From Actinomycetes bacterium (GTDB taxonomy: Bacteria > Actinomycetota > Actinomycetes > S36-B12), in the NCBI GenBank assembly GCA_046085905.1, contig JBJSWO010000042.1, positions 1-52,369 of the forward strand: a stretch of DNA of 52,369 nucleotides, in the 5' to 3' direction. The translations under genes and the position numbers were made by a program. Positions 35,184-42,501 of this stretch are shown here, in pieces. Below the pieces are notes generated by a model. The model saw nothing but the letters and a program-made list of their open reading frames with translations, searched no databases and was not told the DNA's origin. Each line of letters opens with the position of its first letter. The first letter of the stretch is position 1.

Positions 35184-36764
35184 ATGAGATCAGTGTTCGC
35201 GCAAGTTCGAAATCATTGGTTCCCAATCTCAGCGGGGCTCCTCTGCTTTGGATGGGCGCTTCTAGCCTGGCTGACTGTGATTCCAAATCAGGATCTGCTC
35301 GCGGACGGAATTCAGGTGCAAAGCTTGATTCACGATCCGCGCATCGTGCTCTCATTTCCGGGCCAAAAGCACGGAGGCACGCTCGAATACCCATTCAGCG
35401 TCTTGGCCGAGATGGTTTCTCCTGGCAACTATTTTCTCGAGTCATCCATTAGACCGGTTTTTGCTTTCCTGACGGGGTTCTTCGCCGCCTGTCTGTATAG
35501 GACGTATTTCGCGAGAGCCCCTCGCTGGTCCTTCCTCTTGGCTGTAGGAGTAGGACCAACAGTGCTTCAGGGGTTGGCCGGTCCGGTAGAAAATCCAGTA
35601 GGAGTTTGGTGGCTCAATGCTAACTACGACATTGCATGGCTTCTGGTAATCATTGGATTTTGGCTACTCGCCCGCGAAGTGACATCAACTTCTATGCATC
35701 GAGCTCGTGCGCCTCGGGTGTGGATGTTCATCCTCACAGGCTTGGTGGTTGGTCTTGGCTTTTATCAGCAGCCCACCTCCATCCTGCTGATTCTCCCCAT
35801 GGCGGTGCTCTTTCTACTTCGTTTCCGAATAAGCCTCAGACAACTCTCGATACTTCTGCTTGGAGGCCTCATCGGAATCTTTCCCGCGATATTGAGCTAC
35901 TTTCTTGCACCGATCACGACCTGGAATCCCTCTCATTTCCCTGTTTTTCGACCAGACTTGGCTTTGGCTTCTCTTGGCCTTGACGGAGTCCCGAACTACG
36001 CGATCGCGCTCCTCCCGAGCGCTCTAGGATTTGCACCTGCAACCACGATCGCAATCGCGCGTCTCCAAACCATAGTCTCAGCTCTCTTCCTTCTCTCGAT
36101 GTTGATCTTTGCGCTGGTGGGAACCGTTCATGCACTTCGTCGGCGAAGCCGAGTGTCCGAGGGGACTGCTATATCGGTTTGCTGGATTGCAGTGGCCGGA
36201 TCGATCGTCTTTTTCGGCATCTTTGTCGACCCGGTGTGGTTCTATTCGGCCCATCTCTCGATTGTCCTGTGGATGAGCATCGGAATACTTCCTCAACTAA
36301 TCAGGGTTAAATGGATTAGCCGCGCTGCACCTGTGTGCATCTGCCTCGTGGTGGCTCTCAGCACCTTGGCACAGAACGGAACGGGGGTTGTTAACCTGAA
36401 AGAGAGATTTTCGGAAAAGCGTGAGTATCTCTCGACGTTGAATGCGTACGCCTCTGAGATGAGGAAGCTTGACAGTAGGTTTCTGTACGGTTCGTACTAC
36501 GACGTACTGCCGATCGCGTATGGATCCGCTGGCTCGTTGCATCCAGTGTCAAGCACCTATAACCGATTTCCATTGCCTGACTCTGCGCTGACTGGCTTGG
36601 AAGTGGTGAAGGTTGGAATCCGAATTGATCCCACTGACGAGTGGGGGATAACAAGCCTTAGCGAGGTAAGAGAATTGTGTTCAGCTAACGCTAGATTTGT
36701 GAACGGTCAATTGGGAAGATTTCAAGTGTTCGACTGCCCAGTCTCAATACTCGGAAAACGGTAA
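35184..36764 (+). CDS. Polytopic membrane protein (~12 TM) with ~130-aa C-terminal soluble domain; candidate GT-C
   Basis: 526 aa, hydrophobic to ~aa 395, then soluble (NLKERFSEKREYLSTLNAYASEMRK...). Low-GC codon usage. No family recognised. Confidence 0.5.
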   Translation: MRSVFAQVRNHWFPISAGLLCFGWALLAWLTVIPNQDLLADGIQVQSLIHDPRIVLSFPGQKHGGTLEYPFSVLAEMVSPGNYFLESSIRPVFAFLTGFFAACLYRTYFARAPRWSFLLAVGVGPTVLQGLAGPVENPVGVWWLNANYDIAWLLVIIGFWLLAREVTSTSMHRARAPRVWMFILTGLVVGLGFYQQPTSILLILPMAVLFLLRFRISLRQLSILLLGGLIGIFPAILSYFLAPITTWNPSHFPVFRPDLALASLGLDGVPNYAIALLPSALGFAPATTIAIARLQTIVSALFLLSMLIFALVGTVHALRRRSRVSEGTAISVCWIAVAGSIVFFGIFVDPVWFYSAHLSIVLWMSIGILPQLIRVKWISRAAPVCICLVVALSTLAQNGTGVVNLKERFSEKREYLSTLNAYASEMRKLDSRFLYGSYYDVLPIAYGSAGSLHPVSSTYNRFPLPDSALTGLEVVKVGIRIDPTDEWGITSLSEVRELCSANARFVNGQLGRFQVFDCPVSILGKR

Positions 36765-36822
36765 TTCGCGTGCATTCATGCGATGCGCATTTTGAACTTG
36801 GCACATTCCCCAAGTCAAGGAG

Positions 36823-38568
36823 GTGAATGTGAAGGGTAGTTTTCAGTTGAAACGCTTTCTTGCACCATTTTTTCTCGGCGTACTCACAACTGCTTACTTC
36901 TTTCTTCCAGCGCATTACGATCCTGAGCCCTATCACGATGGATCCCAATTTGCAGGTGCGTTAGGCCTAACGGAAGGTCTGGCAACGCACGCTGAGGTCT
37001 TCAGTGCCTACGGTTTCCTAACTACCTGGATCCAGGGTGCTGCAGTTGCCATTCTCGGACCCTCGTTGCTTTCAATCCGCATTTTGACGATTCTTACTAT
37101 CCTCATTGCGGTACTTCTCACGTATTCACTCTTGAACAGTGTGCTTCGAAAGCCTTGGCTGTCAGTTCTGGCGTGCTCCGCCTGGGTTGTCATGTGGCCC
37201 GGAATCTCGGTCAATTGGGGAACCCCTCTACTGCCTTGGCCATCCCTGGTGTACTTAGATTTTCAGCTCGCCTGCGTGGTGTTGATTCTGAAGATCATTG
37301 ATGGCGTTTCGCACCCGCGGATGTACCTCTTCTTTGCGGCCTTCTTTGGTTCGTTAGCGCTTCTAACCCGCATCAATTACGGCCTCTTCTTCTGCCTTTT
37401 CATGTTGTTCGCGTTGGTTGCATTTCGTCGACACATCGGATTGAATCACGAACATTTCGCTCCTGGAATTATTGGATTTCTAAGTCCTCTAATAGTTTCT
37501 GGAGTCGTACTTCTGGCCACAAGCTCCTTGCGAGACTATGTGGAACAGTCAATTACGGGACCATTGAACGGTGCAGTAAAGACTTCAGCGACTGACTTAC
37601 TTTTCCTGGAAAACGCGTACCTACGTGCTTCGCTACCAATCTTCATCGCCCTGGGGTTTGTGTTATGGCTAAGCCGACGGTGGGATTGCGGAAGTCTAGT
37701 CTTTGGAGTGGTCATCGCTGCGGTTACGGGTGTCCTCACCGCGATAAGTACAACCGCGATTTTGGAATCACCTCTTCGAGACGCAATACTCACGCGACTT
37801 ACGTGGGCCCCAGGACTTGACACGCAGGCGATGCAAGCATGTTTTGTGTTTGCGATTGTGACGATTGCTGCAACGCTGGGCATGATCGTGGTATTGCTAG
37901 TTCGAAAGCTTGCATCTTCTCCTCGGTTTCTGAGCAAGAAGTCTTTGCCGTGGAATGGAAGCCCGATGACCTTCTATCTTCTGCTCTTGGCTGCACTCTC
38001 GTCGCTCGTGCAACTCTTTCCTATCGCGGACCCTAACCACTTGTGGTGGGCAGTCCCGCTGCCACTCGCGTTTACCTGTTTCATATTGTGTTACTCAGCA
38101 AGTAGCCGAACCACCGCGGCAGTTGCGTGTGTTCTCTTCGCACCGATGTTGCTAATTGCCCCTTTCACCGGATTTCGGTACTACGAGGTTCCTAGGTCGG
38201 AAGCCAACTCTCCTTCGCTTGCAGGAATGTATGTAAAGACCAGCCTCGCATCCGACTTTGCAAAGGTAGACGATTTTCTTGCATCCTTGGAGCCAAGGAG
38301 CACGAAGTTCCTGTGTCACGGTGGATTGTTTGCAACATGGACGGGTGAATATTTGGCGTCGGACGCCGACTATGTTGATTATGCGTATGGGACCGACCAG
38401 AGGAGTCTGGATCTTGATCCGGACTCCGTGGTTTACTGCGAAGAGAGGGGCGCTGAAGGTGCTGCTGCAGAGTACGCTGAGACGCACGGACTCCGCGTGG
38501 TCGATGAGACAGGTCCGATTTCGTTGTCCTATTTCGCTCAGGTAAACCTGGTGCGTCTCGCTCGTTAG
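36823..38568 (+). CDS. Polytopic membrane protein (~13 TM) with ~140-aa C-terminal soluble domain; candidate GT-C
   Basis: 581 aa. Strong AAGGAGG at 36817-36823, so GTG 36829 may be the true start. First loop PAHYDPEPYHDGSQFAG contains acidic residues, as in GT-C first loops. Lowest GC of the window. Confidence 0.5.
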   Translation: MNVKGSFQLKRFLAPFFLGVLTTAYFFLPAHYDPEPYHDGSQFAGALGLTEGLATHAEVFSAYGFLTTWIQGAAVAILGPSLLSIRILTILTILIAVLLTYSLLNSVLRKPWLSVLACSAWVVMWPGISVNWGTPLLPWPSLVYLDFQLACVVLILKIIDGVSHPRMYLFFAAFFGSLALLTRINYGLFFCLFMLFALVAFRRHIGLNHEHFAPGIIGFLSPLIVSGVVLLATSSLRDYVEQSITGPLNGAVKTSATDLLFLENAYLRASLPIFIALGFVLWLSRRWDCGSLVFGVVIAAVTGVLTAISTTAILESPLRDAILTRLTWAPGLDTQAMQACFVFAIVTIAATLGMIVVLLVRKLASSPRFLSKKSLPWNGSPMTFYLLLLAALSSLVQLFPIADPNHLWWAVPLPLAFTCFILCYSASSRTTAAVACVLFAPMLLIAPFTGFRYYEVPRSEANSPSLAGMYVKTSLASDFAKVDDFLASLEPRSTKFLCHGGLFATWTGEYLASDADYVDYAYGTDQRSLDLDPDSVVYCEERGAEGAAAEYAETHGLRVVDETGPISLSYFAQVNLVRLAR

Positions 38569-38590
38569 AAATCAACCACTTGGTGCGTTG

Positions 38591-39442
38591 TTATCGTGCC
38601 TTAGTCCATGTCGCGAAGATGCTGGAACCAAACGGAAGTCGAATCTGTTTCGCGAGAGCTGATTCCGTGGCGAGGATCTTGCGAAGCACTGACTGCACTA
38701 AGGGAGATGGATTGAGTTGCTTCAGCATCTGATTTCGAACTTGCGCTTCGGAGCGACGAATGCCGAGTCGATATGGCACAGTTCGAGACATAAGCGCGGC
38801 GATGGCCAGTGATCCGAACAAGAATTCACTCGTGACCTCTCTAAACCCGGTGTTGAAGGCAAGCCGCGACAGTTTGTCTCTCGTGTAGCGAAGTTCATGC
38901 CCAGCAAACTCATCCTCCTCAGACCAGAGAATCGGTAAGGCCGGCACCGTGATTAGCAGCCGACCGTGGGGAGCAAGAACCCTATGAACTTCCGCTAAGA
39001 GTGTCGCCGGTTCACGCAAGTGCTCCAGCACATCAAACAGGCCAATCGCGTTTAGGCTTCCCGTTGGGAACTTCATTTGTTCCAATGTGCCGGCGAAGGC
39101 GACTAGCCCGTTTTCCCGCATGGAGACGGTTGCCCGCAAATCAGGCTCGACACACAAGACTTCGAATCCCAACTCATTCAGTCGACTGGCATTTGCTCCA
39201 AGACCCGCTCCAATATCCCAAAGGGTTTGATCGCCACTCTCTCGAAGTGCCGTAGCGATACGCTCGGACCGGTGATCGAACCAGTACCCCGAAACGTCGC
39301 CAGCAAGAAGCACATCAAAGCCCATCTCGGGATAGGTTCCGTCGCCTCTTACTGCCGGAACCGAATTGCCCGCCAGTGTGTAAGAGAAGTCCTGCTCTGG
39401 CAGAAGCCAACCTTGCTCGCGAAGGCGATCCAACTCAGTCAC
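38591..39442 (-). CDS. Class I SAM-dependent methyltransferase
   Basis: TLWDIGAGLGANASRLNELGFEVLCVEPD (motif I plus acidic loop), LNAIGLFDVLEHL and LAPHGRLLITVPA. Confidence 0.7.
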   Translation of the reverse strand: MTELDRLREQGWLLPEQDFSYTLAGNSVPAVRGDGTYPEMGFDVLLAGDVSGYWFDHRSERIATALRESGDQTLWDIGAGLGANASRLNELGFEVLCVEPDLRATVSMRENGLVAFAGTLEQMKFPTGSLNAIGLFDVLEHLREPATLLAEVHRVLAPHGRLLITVPALPILWSEEDEFAGHELRYTRDKLSRLAFNTGFREVTSEFLFGSLAIAALMSRTVPYRLGIRRSEAQVRNQMLKQLNPSPLVQSVLRKILATESALAKQIRLPFGSSIFATWTKAR

Positions 39443-39546
39443 AACGCTAGACTAGCCAGAGCGATTTCATTTTGCGGGAAGACATTTCAACTAGACTGTT
39501 CGCGGATAAGTGGAACTCAACTTTGGGGCCTAGTTTGAACGACAAG

Positions 39547-40536
39547 ATGAGCGAAATGGTTGCGCGAAAAATGCCCCTGTCTGCAGGAACATCGATTGTC
39601 GTGCCTGTTTTCCAAAGTTCAACTTCTCTCGAGATCTTGAAGGAAAGAGTCGTCTCCGCACTTTGTGGCAGGAACTTCGAAGTTTTGCTAGTGGACGACG
39701 GGAGTGATGAGACGACCTGGGCGAGTGTCAAAGCGGTCGTCTCGTCAGACGCGAGGTTTCGCGGCATTAGGTTGTCTAGAAACTTCGGCCAGCACAGCGC
39801 CCTTGTAGCCGGCGTACGCGCTGCCCGATTTGAAACCACGGTCACGATTGATGATGATCTTCAAAATCCTCCTGAAGAGATCACCAAACTTCTTGAGCGA
39901 CTAGATACCAGTCAAGCCGATGTCGTATATGGAGTGTCACCGCTCGTGCGTCAAAGTCTTGGACGAAGAATCGCAGGCAGGATCACTCGCCGAACGCTAA
40001 AGAGCGGTCTCGGAATTGCATCTGCGCCGCAAATGAGTTCATTTCGAGCGTTCCGGACTGAACTCCGCGAAGGATTTGCGGGTGAAATCGGAACCAATGT
40101 CTCCCTTGACGCGTTGTTGACGTGGGCGGCATCCCGCTACGACCACGTCAACGTTCGCCATGATCCTCGCGAATTTGGCTCATCCACTTACAGCATGAAA
40201 AAGCTTGTGCGATTTGCGATCGACAGCATGACTGGGTACAGCACCCTTCCGCTGCAGATAGCAAGCTTGCTGGGGCTAGCGACGGCACTCTTTGGCGTCA
40301 TCGTGCTTCTCTTCGTCACACTGCGCCCCCTGATTCAGGGTGCGTCCATCCCAGGTTTTCCATTTCTAGCATCGACAGTTGCAATCTTTTCAGGGGTTCA
40401 GTTACTAACTCTAGGAGTAATTGGCGAGTATCTGGCGCGCATGCATTTTCGAATTATGAACAAACCCACGTATGTGATTTCAGAGATGGCTATCCCGAAC
40501 CACCAGGCGTATCGCCAGGATTGCACGGATGTGTAG
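39547..40536 (+). CDS. ArnC/GtrB-type GT2: polyprenyl-phosphate sugar transferase with two C-terminal TM helices
   Basis: TSIVVPVFQSSTSLEIL...FEVLLVDDGSDETTW...RGIRLSRNFGQHSALVAGVRAARFETTVTIDDDLQNPPEEI, then TM helices LPLQIASLLGLATALFGVIVLLFV and FLASTVAIFSGVQLLTLGVIGEYLARM. This is the ArnC/GtrB architecture. Start at ATG 39547. Confidence 0.75.
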   Translation: MSEMVARKMPLSAGTSIVVPVFQSSTSLEILKERVVSALCGRNFEVLLVDDGSDETTWASVKAVVSSDARFRGIRLSRNFGQHSALVAGVRAARFETTVTIDDDLQNPPEEITKLLERLDTSQADVVYGVSPLVRQSLGRRIAGRITRRTLKSGLGIASAPQMSSFRAFRTELREGFAGEIGTNVSLDALLTWAASRYDHVNVRHDPREFGSSTYSMKKLVRFAIDSMTGYSTLPLQIASLLGLATALFGVIVLLFVTLRPLIQGASIPGFPFLASTVAIFSGVQLLTLGVIGEYLARMHFRIMNKPTYVISEMAIPNHQAYRQDCTDV

Positions 40537-40542
40537 TTTCAG

Positions 40543-41670
40543 ATGATTCCCTTCAATCGTGCTCAACTCTTCGGCGCAGAACTTGCCCACATGCAGAGAG
40601 CGCTCGCGAATGGCCATATTTCAGGAGGAGGTCCGTTCAATGAGATGGCGGAAGACATTCTGGGCACCTACATGCGGGGGTCACGGGCACTTCTAACAAC
40701 TTCATGCACTCATGCCCTTGAGTTGGCCAGTCGTGTTTTGGAGTTGGGGAAAGGTGACGAGGTGATTGTTCCGGCATTCACTTTCGTCTCCACGGCATCT
40801 GCCTTCGCACTCAGCGGAGCTACGCCCGTCTTCGCCGATGTTTCAGACCGGACATTAGGACTCACCCTTGACGCCATTAAGGGGTCTTTTACGCCGAGAA
40901 CTAGGGCCGTTTGTGTCGTTCATTACGCGGGCGTACCAACGGAGCTTGAAGAGATAAGTGCATGGTGCCAAGACCAGGGAGTCACCCTTATCGAAGACAA
41001 TGCGCATGGACTCGGATCGACTCTTAACGGACGACCGCTAGGAACCTTCGGGAGTCTCTCCACGTTGAGTTTCCATGAGACAAAAAACATCACGTGCGGC
41101 GAGGGTGGCGCGTTGGTCGTAAACCACAAACCATTGATTCCCCAGGCTGAGATCCTTCGCGAGAAGGGTACTGACCGAAGCCAGTTCATCCGCGGCCAAA
41201 TAGATAAGTACACCTGGCAAGCCGCGGGGTCTAGTTGGGTGCTATCAGACATGCTTGCCGCTTTCTTGGTCGGTCAACTTGAGATGTTCGAAGACATTCA
41301 AATGACTCGAAAGTCGATATGGAATTTTTACGAAGCTAGTCTGGGCACGTGGGCTCAAGAGAACGGAGTGCGTACGCCGACGGTGCCTGATCAGGTTGAT
41401 CACTCAGCTCACATGTATTTCCTGAGACTCCCTGATCACGAATCGCGGTCTCGATTTATCGATCACATGTCTTCGCGTGGGGTCATGACGGTGTTTCACT
41501 ACCAGGCACTGAATGCGTCGCCGATGGGGATCAAGCTTGGAGGGATTTCGGGCTCATGCCCGGTGGCCGAAGAACTGAGCGGGACCCTGGTACGGCTGCC
41601 GCTGTTCGCGACATTGACACCATTTGAGCAGCAGAGTGTGGTGCATGCCGCCATTGATTTCAAGGTCTAA
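40543..41670 (+). CDS. wecE: WecE-like NDP-4-keto-6-deoxyhexose 4-aminotransferase (DegT/DnrJ/EryC1 family)
   Basis: MIPFNRAQLFGAELAHMQRAL...ISGGGPF, SFHETKNITCGEGGAL (PLP lysine), REKGTDRSQFIRGQIDKYTW, AHMYFLRL, VFHY and LVRLPLF are collinear with E. coli WecE as I remember it. 6-nt gap to the upstream gene. Confidence 0.85.
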   Translation: MIPFNRAQLFGAELAHMQRALANGHISGGGPFNEMAEDILGTYMRGSRALLTTSCTHALELASRVLELGKGDEVIVPAFTFVSTASAFALSGATPVFADVSDRTLGLTLDAIKGSFTPRTRAVCVVHYAGVPTELEEISAWCQDQGVTLIEDNAHGLGSTLNGRPLGTFGSLSTLSFHETKNITCGEGGALVVNHKPLIPQAEILREKGTDRSQFIRGQIDKYTWQAAGSSWVLSDMLAAFLVGQLEMFEDIQMTRKSIWNFYEASLGTWAQENGVRTPTVPDQVDHSAHMYFLRLPDHESRSRFIDHMSSRGVMTVFHYQALNASPMGIKLGGISGSCPVAEELSGTLVRLPLFATLTPFEQQSVVHAAIDFKV

Positions 41671-41676
41671 TTCGAC

Positions 41677-42327
41677 ATGAATTTGGCAGATTACATCGCC
41701 GCCGAGAATCACTCGGTTGAGGCTGCTCGGGCTGATGAATTCGCGAGCAACCCGGAAATCGGGATTCGAATGATTCGAATCTCGGAGTGGATTCTTAAGG
41801 AACCTGACCTTCTAGAAATTTTCGTCACTTGGCGCCGACACTCTCGAGAAAAGTTCTTTGCTCGATTTGCTGAATCTAGACCAAGCATGGAGAGATACCT
41901 GAGGGGAGTATGCCAAGATCCATTTCGCGTTCTCTTCCTGATTGAGGACCAGAACCTGCTGCCTTTAGGGCACATCGGGCTAAAGGCTTTGGACTCCAGT
42001 ACCCCTGAGATTGATGCCGTGATGGTGAATCCGAATGCTCGGGCAAAAGGAGTTATGTCTTGGGCTCTAGAGCAATGCGTTCTAAGCCTAGGGTCGCTTG
42101 CGCATGTGTCCAATGTGAAGCTTGACGTACTTTCAAACAATGAACAAGCCATCTCCTTGTACCGCAAATGTGGATTTGTACACGCCTCCAGTCGGAGTCT
42201 GCGGTTAGTCCAAGGTGAGGGTTTCGAAGTTCTCACGCCCTGCGATCCAGAGGACAGCGACATCAGTATCCGAGCCGTGACAATGACGAGGGAGTTAGAA
42301 CATGCTTCCAAGCAGGTCGTCGATTGA
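41677..42327 (+). CDS. GNAT-family N-acetyltransferase (WecD / PseH-like role)
   Basis: 216 aa. GHIGLKALDSSTPEIDAVMVNPNARAKGVMSWALEQCV...NEQAISLYRKCGFV is a GNAT acetyl-CoA motif A region. 6-nt gap after the aminotransferase. Confidence 0.6.
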   Translation: MNLADYIAAENHSVEAARADEFASNPEIGIRMIRISEWILKEPDLLEIFVTWRRHSREKFFARFAESRPSMERYLRGVCQDPFRVLFLIEDQNLLPLGHIGLKALDSSTPEIDAVMVNPNARAKGVMSWALEQCVLSLGSLAHVSNVKLDVLSNNEQAISLYRKCGFVHASSRSLRLVQGEGFEVLTPCDPEDSDISIRAVTMTRELEHASKQVVD

Positions 42328-42501
42328 TTCCGGTTGTCTCCGTTGTGAGAAATGCGGAGCGCTCCGAGCTAGACGGCCTACAGGGCCTTTTCCGAAAGCG
42401 CCAATTTAGCTGGAAATCTCTCTAGGCGACGAATCCCGCCTTCATCTCCAGACGAGGTCGTCAAGGCATCACCCATTCTTCGGCACTCGCCACCTGTAGA
42501 A

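Larger units (their letters stand above)
30650..42450. other. Low-GC compositional island inside the glycan locus (probable horizontally acquired cassette)
   Basis: Hand-counted G+C per 60-nt line. Inside: 30901-30960 = 31/60, 36841-36900 = 25/60, 37441-37500 = 21/60, 38041-38100 = 31/60. Flanks: 8701-8760 = 45/60, 10501-10560 = 35/60, 46441-46500 = 43/60. Codon third positions are visibly A/T-rich in 35184-39442. Boundaries are approximate, and no integrase, tRNA or direct repeats were seen at the edges. Confidence 0.6.

Noticed and set aside
42355-42366. Perfect 12-bp palindrome CGGAGCGCTCCG in the 174-nt spacer at the right edge of the low-GC island
   Set aside because: It has no loop, so it is not a terminator hairpin. 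It occurs once and could arise by chance in GC-rich DNA. It is noted only as a possible operator to test.
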